NCBI GenBank assembly: GCA_963840225.1
Contig: CAWIYH010000002.1
Coordinates: 135,934 to 199,933 of the forward strand
Length of the DNA stretch: 64,000 bases
Direction of reading: 5' to 3'
Source: an uncultured Acidobacteriota bacterium
GTDB lineage: Bacteria > Acidobacteriota > Vicinamibacteria > Vicinamibacterales > CAVVIG01
In this document: piece by piece, positions 23,231-32,164 of the stretch
How the letters are laid out: each line of letters starts with the position of its first letter
How positions within the stretch are numbered: the stretch's first letter is position 1
The notes under the pieces: model-generated
What the model was told of the DNA's origin: nothing
What the model saw: the letters and a program-made list of their open reading frames with translations, nothing else
The model's database searches: none
Translations under genes and position numbers: made by a program

Positions 23231-23533
23231 ATGACTCAACTCGATACCCAGGCGAGCTTCGACGTCGCCGACACGATTAGCCGTCTGGCGCAGACGCCCG
23301 CGGTGGTCGCGGCGCTGTGCGGCGGCTGGCCGTCCCCACTCTGGGACGTCAACGAAGGAAGCCCCACGTGGTCGGTGACCCTCGAGCAGTTGCTCGAGAC
23401 CTGGGTGACGCACGACTTTGCGCACGTCGTGCAGATGGCGCGAATCGCCACCAAGCACTACGGCCGATGGATCGGGCCGTGGCGTGCGTACTTCAGCCTG
23501 CTCCAGGCGCCGGCGCAGCCCGGGGCGCGGTGA
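23231..23533 (+). CDS. short DinB-like protein, possibly truncated
   Basis: Only the C-terminal DinB-like helix pair is present (SVTLEQLLETWVTHDFAHVVQMARI). 100 aa against ~160 aa typical for the family. Confidence 0.4.
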   Translation: MTQLDTQASFDVADTISRLAQTPAVVAALCGGWPSPLWDVNEGSPTWSVTLEQLLETWVTHDFAHVVQMARIATKHYGRWIGPWRAYFSLLQAPAQPGAR

Positions 23534-23561
23534 TGGCCCAGCGGCCAGACCCGGACGCGGA

Positions 23562-23990
23562 ATGAGCGGACCGTCACCGGGCCCGGATCGTCGCGTCGAG
23601 ACGCAGCGGTTCTCCGTGCTGCCCGGCGCATGGGCGGTCGTTCGGCTGGCGCCGGACGCTGCGATTCCAGGCAGGGCGATGGATACCCCGGTGTTCATGT
23701 CGATCACGCGCACGGCCCGAGAACTGTCGGTGGTGTGCCCCGAGTCGGCGGCTCCTCACGGCGTTGCCGTCGAACGGGGATGGCGGCTCCTCGAGATCCA
23801 TGGCCCGCTCGCGTTCGGCCAGATCGGCGTGCTGGCCGGCTTCCTGTCGCCGCTGGCGGCGGCCGGCGTCAGCGTGTTCGTCGTCAGCACGTTCGATACC
23901 GACTACGTGCTGGTCAAGGAGACGCACGTCGCGGCGGCGTGCGCGGCGTTGACGGCCGCCGGGCATGCGCTCGTCGAGAAGCCGGCCTGA
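23562..23990 (+). CDS. ACT-domain protein
   Basis: ELSVVCPESAAP...WRLLEIHGPLAFGQIGVLAGFLSPLAAAGVSVFVVSTFDTDYVLVKE. Confidence 0.75.
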   Translation: MSGPSPGPDRRVETQRFSVLPGAWAVVRLAPDAAIPGRAMDTPVFMSITRTARELSVVCPESAAPHGVAVERGWRLLEIHGPLAFGQIGVLAGFLSPLAAAGVSVFVVSTFDTDYVLVKETHVAAACAALTAAGHALVEKPA

Positions 23991-24292
23991 TCAGCGGCCT
24001 CTCACGACTTTCAGATTGAGATTGACGACATCGGCGGCGTCGCCGTGAGAGCCCTCCCGCCAGCGTCCGCCGATGAACAGGCGAACGTTGCTCATCCAAG
24101 CGCCCCGGCTGACAGCCGGCCGCGCGCGGCGCGCGAGCCACCGACCCGTGGACCCACCATTTTCCGATCCATCTGGTCGTGCGGATTGAGCGCCGGCGCC
24201 AGGACGAGCTCGACGATCAGCATCGCGATCTCGCGCACTTGGTGGAGCTGCTGGACCTCTTCGCCGCCGAGGCCCCGGAGACGGCCCGCGCT

Positions 24293-27200
24293 TCACTCGC
24301 GCTCGGCCCGGATGATCCGATACTCCCACGCGCCCGATCGCATCTGCTCGTAGACCATCGACCCGGGCACTGCCAGGAAGTTGTCGATCGCGCTCCCGCC
24401 GCCGAACGCCTGCGAGCGCGTGGCGGCGACCTCGTCGCACGACGCGAGGACGTTGGCCGTGATCGCGCGGTCCTGCGTGATCCGCAACCGGAGCGGCCCG
24501 AGGAGCGCGCGCACTTCCATCCACCGCGGCACCGGCAGGAGATCCGTGTAGAGGAACAGGCCGCCGCTCCTCAGCACCCGTGCGACCTCGCCGTAGAACG
24601 CGCGCAGGTTCGGATAGGTATGCGACGACTCGACGTTGGTGACCACGTCGAACGATCCGGCGTCGAACGGCAGATGCTCGGCGTCGCCGACGTCGAACCG
24701 GACGGCGGGGCGCGTGTGCGTGCGCCGGCAGAACGCGATCGCTTCGGGCGAGAGATCGACGCCCGTCACGTCGGCCTCCCAGCGTTCAGCCATCAGGGCG
24801 GCCGTGCCGCCTCGCCCGCAGCCGACGTCGAGCACCCCGCGCCGGCGCAGGTCGGCGCGGCCGATCAGCTCGAACGCCAGCCGAACCGAGCTTGGATTGA
24901 ACACGCCGGAGGGAACGTCGAATGCCGCCTCGTCGGCGCCGTCTCCGAGGGAGATGTAGCCGTAGTTCAGGAAGAACGACGCGCCGCCGACGCCGGCCCG
25001 CTCCAGCCGGCGCGTGATGTCGTCGTAGAACTCCCGATAGCTCGCCTTCGCGGCGGTCGCAGGCGCGGCGCCCTCGAGCGGAATGGGCGAGGGCGCGCGG
25101 CTCTCGGCGCCGGCCCAGGGAAGGCCGGCCGGCGCATCGTCGGCCCCGCCGGCCGCCTGCGCCTGCTCGACGAACACGGCGAGCTCGGCGATCGTCGGCG
25201 CCTGAAACAGTTTCAGCACGGGCAGCTCGATCTGGAGCCGATCCCGGATCTCGGACGCGACCTGCACGGCGAGCAGCGAGTGGCCGCCCAGATCGAAGAA
25301 GCGATCGTGGATGCCGATCGGGTCGATGGCGAGCTGGTTGCCCCAGATGTCGGCCAGTTCGCGTTCGGTCGCCGTACGCGGCTCGACGAACGCGGTCGTC
25401 AGGTTCGGGCGTGGATGCCGCTCGACCGGCGATCCCTTGGCCGGCGCCGAATCGGCGTGGCGGATCCAGGCCTTCAGCCGCGCCGCGAGGTCGCTGACGG
25501 CCACCAGCAGCCGCGGCCCGACGTCGGCGCCGAGGATCCGCAGGAACGCCTCGAGGCCCTCCGGCGGATGGATGGCGGTCGGCATCGAGGCGGCCTGGGC
25601 CTCGGCGGCGTTGTCCCACAGGTCCCAGCCGATGCTGAGCCAGCCGTCGCCGGCTGCGTCGGCCAGCGCGTCGAGGACGGCGTTCGCGGCGGAATACGCC
25701 GCGAGGCCCAGCCCGCCGAGGACGCTGGCGATCGACGAGTGGAGGACCCAGCGCCGCGGCTCGCGTCCGCGAAACGCCTCCGTCAGGTACAACAAGCCGC
25801 GCAGCTTCGGCGAGAACTGCGCTTCCATGACCTCGATGCCGGTCTCGGCCGCCGACGCGAACGCGGCCGCGTCGATTCGTGCCGCGCCGTGGATGACGAG
25901 ATCGATCCGGCCGAAGCGCTCGAACGCGAGGTCGACGGCCGTCTTCACCTGGTGGCCGTCGTTGAGATCGGCTTTCAACACGAGCACGTCGTCGCGCTCG
26001 GCCCGGAGGCGCGCCAGTCGCGCGAGCAGGTTCCGGTGCTCGGGCGGGGTGGCCGGATCCTCGCCGTGGGCGCGCCACGCCGAGGGCTCGGGCACCGCCG
26101 TGCGGCCGACCAGGATCAGCTTCGCATGCAGCCGCGAGAACATGCCCTCGGCCAGATTGATGCCCATGTGGCCGAGTCCGCCGGTCACCATCACCACCGG
26201 CTGCTCCGGCAGGCCAACGGGCGCGCGGGCCTCGCGAATCTCGACCGGCTCGTAGGTTTCGACCAGCCGCCGTCCACCCCGCAGGGCGACGGCCGGCTCC
26301 GGCGCGCCCGCGGCGAGCTCGGCGACGATCATGTCGGGCACGGCCGCGTCGTCGTCGACGTCGACGTGAGTGACGCGCAGGCCCGGATGCTCCTGCGGGA
26401 GCACTTTGGCCGACCCGATGCCGAGGGCTCTCGCCGCGTCGATCGCGTCGGCCGCCTCCACGCGGCGCGTGCCGCGAGCCACCAGGACCATCGCGAGAGG
26501 GCGAACGGTCGCCTGTCCGCTCAGCGCGTGTGCGAGTCGCATCGGGGCCAGCAGCGTCACGACGCCGGCGACGTCCAGATCGGTCGAGCCGGGCGGTTCG
26601 GCCGTCCAGCAGTCGACGATGCCGGCCAGGCGGTTGTCCCGGGTGCAGACCTGCGCAGCCAGCCGCTTGAAACCCCCGGGATCTGACGGATCGATCGTGT
26701 ACTGGTCGTCGCCGGCGCGATCGAACCGATCGCCCTGCCGCACGACAATCGCGTGAGCGCCGGCGCTCAGGAGCCGGGCGGAGACCGCCGCGCCGACTCC
26801 ACCGCCCTCGTCGAAGACGAGGATGCGCCGCCCGGCGAGCGACCCCGGTGCCCAGGCCACGGGCGCGGCCTCCCGCCAGATCGGCCGATGAAACCAGTTC
26901 GACGTGTCGCGAGCCTCGTGCGCGCGGCGCTCGACGGCGTGCCCGGGCCGCGGGCCGATCCAGTAGGTCCGCCGCTCGAAGGGGTACGTCGGCAGGCTGA
27001 CCCTCGTCCGTCGCTCCGATCGGTGGAATCCGTCCCAGTCGACGCTCGCGCCGCCGGCCCACAGCTGGCCGAGCGACGAGAGCATCACCTCGGTGCCCGA
27101 CCGGCGATCGTGCGCGCCCGGCAGCGACGTCGAACAGGGAGGCGGAGGTCCGCCGTTCCTCGCGATCTCGCTGGCGAAGGTGACCAGCGTGTTGCCAGGG

Positions 27201-29629
27201 CCGACTTCGAGGAACGCGTGGCTCTTGCCGACCGGTCCCTGGCCGGACGCGATCGTGCGCACGGCGTCGGCAAAGCGGACGGTGGATCGCAGCTGTGCAC
27301 TCCAGTACCAGGGGGACGTGACGGCGCTGCCGGCCCACTCGCCGGTCAGCGTCGCCGCGAAGGGAAGCGACGGCGGCGACAGCGGAACGGCCGCGACGAC
27401 CTCCTCGAACTCGCGCAGGATCGGGTCCATCATCGACGAATGGAAGGCGTGCGACGTGTGCAGGCGCCGCGCCGCGATCGATTCGCGCGCCAGCGCGGCC
27501 TCCACGCGATCGATGGCAGCATCCGGTCCGGAGAGCACCGAGTATCCAGGGCCGTTCACCGCGGCCAGCGAGACGTCGCCGCCCACGAAGGGCTCGAGCG
27601 CCGAGGCCGGCGCCATGGCCGCGAGCATCGATCCGCGAGGCAGGCCCGCAATCAGGCGGCCGCGGCGGGCGATGATCGAGAGCGCATCGTCCAGGCTCAT
27701 CACGCCGCCGAGCGTGGCGGCGACATATTCGCCGACGCTATGTCCCACCATCGCGGCCGGTTGAACGCCCCAGGAGCGCCACAATTCCGCGAGCGCGTAC
27801 GCGACCGTGAAGAGCGCCGGCTGCGCCCATTGCGTGTTCTTCAGCACGTCGGCCGCGTTCCGCCGGCGCCGCTCGGAGGGGAAGAGCAGCGTGCGCAGAT
27901 CGGCGCCGACCAGCGGCTTGAGAACACGGGCGCAACGGTCGATCGCCCGCCGGACCACGGGTTCGGTCTCGTAAAGGTCGCGGCCCATTCCCGGATACTG
28001 CGATCCCTGTCCCGGGAACATGAAGACGACGGCCCGTTCGGCGCCCGCGGCGGCGGCCGGCAGCCGCGCGGGATCGGCCAGCGAGTCCATCAGGCCCGAT
28101 CGATCGTCGCCGCCGACCACCACGGCTCGCCGGTGCCTGAACGCGCGGCGTCCCACGTGCAGCGTGAACGCGACGTCGGCCAGATCGAGCTCCGGGTGCG
28201 ACTGGAGGTGCCGGCCGAGCCGGGCGGTCGCCGCGTCGAGCGCCGATTCGCTCCGCGCCGACAGGACGATCAGCTGATGCGAGCGCCGCTCTTTCACCCC
28301 GGGCCGTTCCGGCGCCTCCTCGAGCACGACATGGGCGTTCGTGCCGCCCACGCCGAACGAGCTCACGCCGGCGCGCCGCGGCGTGCCGTTGCGCAGCCAG
28401 GGCTGCAGGGTCGTCGTCACATAGAACGGGCTCGTGGCGAAGTCGATGGCCGGGTTCGGGCTCTTGTAGTGCACGGTCGGCGGAATCGCGCCGTTCTCGA
28501 GCGTGAGGACCGCCTTGATCAGGCCGGCGACTCCCGCGGCGCACGACAGGTGCCCGAAGTTCGACTTCGCCGACCCGATGCCGCAGTAGCCCCGCTCACT
28601 CGAGGCGGACTTGAACACCTCGTTGAGCGCGGCCACCTCGATCGGGTCGCCGAGAATCGTCCCGGTTCCGTGCGCTTCGACGTAGCCGATCGATTCGGCG
28701 GACACGCCGGCCATTGCATGCGCGGCGCGGATGGCCGCCGCCTGGCCGCGAAAGCTCGGTGCCGTGTAGCCGACCTTGTCGTTGCCGTCGTTGTTCAACC
28801 CCGTGCCGAGGATCACGGCGCGGATCCGGTCGCCGGCCGCCAGCGCATCGCGGAGGCGCTTGAGGACCACCAGGCCGACGCCGCTCCCGACGATCGTGCC
28901 CTGAGCCTCCGCGTCGAAGGGCCGGCAGTGGCCGTCCGGCGACAGGATGGATCCGGGGGTGTAGTAGTAGCCGCCGCGCTGGGGCACGCGGACCGTGACG
29001 CCGCCGGCGAGCGCCATGTCGCACCGGCCCGCGTTCAGGCTCTCGCAGGCCAGCGACACCGCGACCAGCGACGTCGAGCACGTCGTCTGCACGACGATGC
29101 TGGGGCCGCGCAGGTTGAGGCGGTACGACGCCTGCGTGCAGAGGTGGTCCTTGTCGTTGGTCACCATCAACTGCATGCCGTCGATGTACTGGAGCGCCTC
29201 GATGTTCTGGTACAGCTGGTAGAGGTACGTGCTCATCTCGCACCCGCCATACAGGCCGATCGGTCCGGGGAAGGTGGCCGGATCGTAGCCGGCGTCCTCG
29301 AGCGCCTCCCAGCAGGTTTCGAGGAAGATGCGGTGCTGCGGATCGGTGAGCGACGCATCGCGTGCGGAGAAGCCGAAGAACTCGGCGTCGAACTCGTCCA
29401 CGTGGTCGAGCACCGGCGAGGCGTTCACGTAGCCGGGCAGGCGCGAGATGTTGTCGGGCACGCCGGCCGCCCGCATGTCCTCGGGCGTCAACGTCGCAAT
29501 CGACTCGACGCCCGCGGCCAGGTTGTGCCAGTACGCGTCGAGGTCGTTCGCGCCGGGAAACCGCCCGCGCATGCCGATAATCGCGACCGGCTCATGGCGC
29601 GGTCCGGTGCCGGCGCCGTTGCCTTTCAT
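24293..29629 (-). CDS. type I polyketide synthase, single module KS-AT-KR-ACP with C-terminal SAM methyltransferase
   Basis: KS: TTCSTSLVA, EAHGTGT, KSNFGHL. AT: FPGQGSQ, GHSVGEY, SHAFHS. KR: VTGGLGHMG ... SSIASVLGGLGLAAYSAAN. Carrier: FFDLGGHSLLAVQV. MT: VLDVGCGRGGTAALMAE ... FDVVTNVESSH. Confidence 0.95.
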   Translation of the reverse strand: MKGNGAGTGPRHEPVAIIGMRGRFPGANDLDAYWHNLAAGVESIATLTPEDMRAAGVPDNISRLPGYVNASPVLDHVDEFDAEFFGFSARDASLTDPQHRIFLETCWEALEDAGYDPATFPGPIGLYGGCEMSTYLYQLYQNIEALQYIDGMQLMVTNDKDHLCTQASYRLNLRGPSIVVQTTCSTSLVAVSLACESLNAGRCDMALAGGVTVRVPQRGGYYYTPGSILSPDGHCRPFDAEAQGTIVGSGVGLVVLKRLRDALAAGDRIRAVILGTGLNNDGNDKVGYTAPSFRGQAAAIRAAHAMAGVSAESIGYVEAHGTGTILGDPIEVAALNEVFKSASSERGYCGIGSAKSNFGHLSCAAGVAGLIKAVLTLENGAIPPTVHYKSPNPAIDFATSPFYVTTTLQPWLRNGTPRRAGVSSFGVGGTNAHVVLEEAPERPGVKERRSHQLIVLSARSESALDAATARLGRHLQSHPELDLADVAFTLHVGRRAFRHRRAVVVGGDDRSGLMDSLADPARLPAAAAGAERAVVFMFPGQGSQYPGMGRDLYETEPVVRRAIDRCARVLKPLVGADLRTLLFPSERRRRNAADVLKNTQWAQPALFTVAYALAELWRSWGVQPAAMVGHSVGEYVAATLGGVMSLDDALSIIARRGRLIAGLPRGSMLAAMAPASALEPFVGGDVSLAAVNGPGYSVLSGPDAAIDRVEAALARESIAARRLHTSHAFHSSMMDPILREFEEVVAAVPLSPPSLPFAATLTGEWAGSAVTSPWYWSAQLRSTVRFADAVRTIASGQGPVGKSHAFLEVGPGNTLVTFASEIARNGGPPPPCSTSLPGAHDRRSGTEVMLSSLGQLWAGGASVDWDGFHRSERRTRVSLPTYPFERRTYWIGPRPGHAVERRAHEARDTSNWFHRPIWREAAPVAWAPGSLAGRRILVFDEGGGVGAAVSARLLSAGAHAIVVRQGDRFDRAGDDQYTIDPSDPGGFKRLAAQVCTRDNRLAGIVDCWTAEPPGSTDLDVAGVVTLLAPMRLAHALSGQATVRPLAMVLVARGTRRVEAADAIDAARALGIGSAKVLPQEHPGLRVTHVDVDDDAAVPDMIVAELAAGAPEPAVALRGGRRLVETYEPVEIREARAPVGLPEQPVVMVTGGLGHMGINLAEGMFSRLHAKLILVGRTAVPEPSAWRAHGEDPATPPEHRNLLARLARLRAERDDVLVLKADLNDGHQVKTAVDLAFERFGRIDLVIHGAARIDAAAFASAAETGIEVMEAQFSPKLRGLLYLTEAFRGREPRRWVLHSSIASVLGGLGLAAYSAANAVLDALADAAGDGWLSIGWDLWDNAAEAQAASMPTAIHPPEGLEAFLRILGADVGPRLLVAVSDLAARLKAWIRHADSAPAKGSPVERHPRPNLTTAFVEPRTATERELADIWGNQLAIDPIGIHDRFFDLGGHSLLAVQVASEIRDRLQIELPVLKLFQAPTIAELAVFVEQAQAAGGADDAPAGLPWAGAESRAPSPIPLEGAAPATAAKASYREFYDDITRRLERAGVGGASFFLNYGYISLGDGADEAAFDVPSGVFNPSSVRLAFELIGRADLRRRGVLDVGCGRGGTAALMAERWEADVTGVDLSPEAIAFCRRTHTRPAVRFDVGDAEHLPFDAGSFDVVTNVESSHTYPNLRAFYGEVARVLRSGGLFLYTDLLPVPRWMEVRALLGPLRLRITQDRAITANVLASCDEVAATRSQAFGGGSAIDNFLAVPGSMVYEQMRSGAWEYRIIRAERE

Positions 29630-30603
29630 CGCGCGCCCTCGACCGCGGCGGGGGGAGCCTGGGGAGCGGTCGCGGCGGACGCCTCCTGGCGCGGCTCGGC
29701 GGTGGTCGCCGTGATGCGGAGCGGAATCTCCAGCCGCGGTTCCCCTTCCCGGCTGATGCGCAGTCCGGCGACGTACACGACGTCAGGCTGGTACGTCTCC
29801 CGGTCGAGCACGAGCGATACGACGAGCGTTGTCTCCTCGTTCGGGCCGAGCACGAGATCGCCAGGATCAATCTGGATCGCCGGGACGAAGGCCGGGCCGA
29901 CGCCGTCGGCGCGCCGGACATCGGTCACCTGGCACCGGATCGCCGCCGGCTCGTCGCGCGTGTTCTCGATCGTCAGCGAGAGGGCGGCGCGTTCCCCCGA
30001 GGGTCCGGCCAGGTGCAGCACGGGCGCATCCGCAACCGACGGGTGCGGGGCCGCCAGGACGGCCCGGAGGAGCTCCTCCTGGAAATCGGCCCCGAGGTCG
30101 GTGGCGCCCTGCAGCATGTCGAAGTAGAGCCGGCCCAGGTCGCGGATCTGTTCGGTCGCGCGAGCCGCATAGAAGTTCGAGAACGCGCCCTGGGTTTCCG
30201 GGGCGTCCGCGCGGCCCGCGGCGGCGCGCTCCACTTCGGCCTGATAGTCCCGGACCGCCCGGTGGTTGACCTCGTTGGCGTACTCGACGAGGCGCCGGAG
30301 CCAGGCCATTGGATCGGCGGCGTCGAAGGCCGGTGGCGGATGCGACGCGTGCCCCGCCACCTGCACCAGGCCGGCGAAGAAACACGCGCTCAACTCCGTC
30401 AATCGGGCGGAGTAGGCCGCGCCGCGGGACTCCGAGAGCGCAGACAGAAGGTCACGTACGGTGGCCGGCGACAGTTCGCCCTGGGCCACCCGTCGAAGAA
30501 CGCTGGAGTAGAGATCGAGCGCACGAACCGACCGCTGCGCCGAGCGCATGACGTAGTGCGCATAGGAAGCTGACCAGTCGGCCGATCCCTCCGTCTGCAC
30601 CAT
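29626..30603 (-). CDS. hypothetical protein: phasin-like helical N-half + beta-sandwich-like C-half; translationally coupled to the PKS
   Basis: GGGAGG RBS. Its stop overlaps the PKS ATG (ATGA at 29626-29629). It is a paralog of 32869-33882. No signal peptide or TM segment. Confidence 0.75.
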   Translation of the reverse strand: MVQTEGSADWSASYAHYVMRSAQRSVRALDLYSSVLRRVAQGELSPATVRDLLSALSESRGAAYSARLTELSACFFAGLVQVAGHASHPPPAFDAADPMAWLRRLVEYANEVNHRAVRDYQAEVERAAAGRADAPETQGAFSNFYAARATEQIRDLGRLYFDMLQGATDLGADFQEELLRAVLAAPHPSVADAPVLHLAGPSGERAALSLTIENTRDEPAAIRCQVTDVRRADGVGPAFVPAIQIDPGDLVLGPNEETTLVVSLVLDRETYQPDVVYVAGLRISREGEPRLEIPLRITATTAEPRQEASAATAPQAPPAAVEGAR

Positions 30604-30817
30604 TCCGCCTCCCTGTGAAGCGCTTCAGCATATACAAAAGCCCCGGCCGCGGGACGACGAGCTATGGATGAGTTGGCGCGATTTTTCCGCCGCCGCCGCC
30701 GCGCCCGCAGCCCGTATAATCGGCTCCGCGTGGCGGGACGTCCGAGCGCCCGGCTGCGCGCGCGGGTGCGACTGGTGTGTTCGCCGGCGATTGCCGCGCG
30801 GACGTGTGGAGGTGGTG

Positions 30818-31339
30818 ATGCCCGGTGGGGGAAAAGGCGGCGGGTCCAGCACGGTCACCGTGAACAACGGGCCGGTGACGGTCGACGCCGACAGCACCGT
30901 CGAGGTCGTGGGCCTCGACAACATCAAGCTGACGCTGCAGCCGTCGCCGCTCAAGACGGAATCGAAACAGGAGCTGGTTCTCCCGCAGCCGTTCAAGACC
31001 GAGAGCAAGGTCGACACGACCTCGGGCATCACGAGCGACAGCAAGAGCGCGATGGCGATCGACCTCAAGCCGGTCGCGCTCGACGTCTGCCTGAACACGA
31101 AGCTGCCGCAGGGCCAGATCTGCCAGCCCTTCTCGTATCACCTCGGCGTCACGTGGTTCGGCGTCGAGCTGCTCGGCCTCAATTTCGGCGGCGAGTCGCG
31201 TGTCGTGCTGCAGGATCTCCCGAAGAAGCCGTCGATCGAGTGGCCGGCCCAGCAGAATGCCGGCCCGGCGCACGATGCCGGTCGCGATCGTCCGTTCCAG
31301 GCGGCCGGCGATCGCGGCCTCCGCGTGCGGGTGAAGTAG
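30818..31339 (+). CDS. hypothetical protein (173 aa), Gly-rich N-terminus, beta-rich
   Basis: GGAGG at 30808-30812 precedes ATG 30818. MPGGGKGGGSSTVTVNNGPVTVDADSTVEVVGLDNIKLTL.... Internal near-repeat PLKTESKQE / PFKTESKVD. Confidence 0.7.
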   Translation: MPGGGKGGGSSTVTVNNGPVTVDADSTVEVVGLDNIKLTLQPSPLKTESKQELVLPQPFKTESKVDTTSGITSDSKSAMAIDLKPVALDVCLNTKLPQGQICQPFSYHLGVTWFGVELLGLNFGGESRVVLQDLPKKPSIEWPAQQNAGPAHDAGRDRPFQAAGDRGLRVRVK

Positions 31340-31347
31340 GAACCGCC

Positions 31348-32136
31348 GTGGCGGCACAGACCCCTCGGAGAATCGCGCTCCTCAACGACGCCGCGCAGCC
31401 GCTGGTCGTCGTCGGGCCGCCCCGGGCGATGCGCGGCGAGCTGCGCCTCCAGAATTCCACGGAACGGAAGGTCGTCCTCCGGCAGCTTCAGCTGCGCGCT
31501 GCCGCGCCGCCGCGGGCCAAGGGCGCTCGCGGGCCGCACCCCGTGCCGCTGCCGGGCCACGCGGTGGCGCTGCGCCGGGTCGTCGTCCGCGCCGGAGAAG
31601 CCCGGCACGTGTCGATTGCCCTCGCGCTGGATCCGGCGACGCCTCCCGGCACCTATCACGCCGAGCTCGATGTCGACGGCGATCAGCGCAACGTTCTCCT
31701 GCACGTCGTCGAAGACGTGGCGTTTTCGATGTCGCCGCGGGAGCTCGTGATCCCCAACCAGGCGGGCGCCAAGGTCGAGAAGGCGGTCGTCATCGAGAAC
31801 CTCGGCAACGTGCCGCTGACGGTGAAGACGATCGGCGCCGTGGTGCTCGACGAGGAGCTGGCGCACTGCCGGGCGCTCCGGGGCGCCCTGGCCGACGTCG
31901 GCGACACAATGAAGAACCTCGACGATTTCGCGGTCGCCCTCGGCCGTCGCTACCGCGCGATCTACGGCACCCTCGCCTTGAAGGTCCAGAACGAGAAGCT
32001 GACGGTCGAGCCCGGCAGGACGGCGACCCTCGATCTGACGATTACGCTCCCCGACAAGCTCGAGCCGCGCGGGCGCTACACCGGATACGCGGCGATCTCT
32101 ACAGGTGCTTTGACGTTCACCATCGTGCCCGACTAG
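31348..32136 (+). CDS. hypothetical protein with two beta-sandwich-like modules (262 aa)
   Basis: GTG 31348 lies 8 nt after the upstream stop. LRLQNSTERKVVLRQLQL...PGTYHAELDVDG and VVIENLGNVPLTVKTIG...LTVEPGRTATLDLTITLPD. Confidence 0.7.
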   Translation: MAAQTPRRIALLNDAAQPLVVVGPPRAMRGELRLQNSTERKVVLRQLQLRAAAPPRAKGARGPHPVPLPGHAVALRRVVVRAGEARHVSIALALDPATPPGTYHAELDVDGDQRNVLLHVVEDVAFSMSPRELVIPNQAGAKVEKAVVIENLGNVPLTVKTIGAVVLDEELAHCRALRGALADVGDTMKNLDDFAVALGRRYRAIYGTLALKVQNEKLTVEPGRTATLDLTITLPDKLEPRGRYTGYAAISTGALTFTIVPD

Positions 32137-32164
32137 ATCGGAGCGCGAGCAGGAGGGCATCGCG

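Noticed and set aside
30687-30703. The (GCC)5 trinucleotide run as a phase-variation tract.
   Set aside because: It is short, lies outside coding sequence and has no defined promoter-spacer context. Such runs are compositionally expected in ~70% GC DNA.
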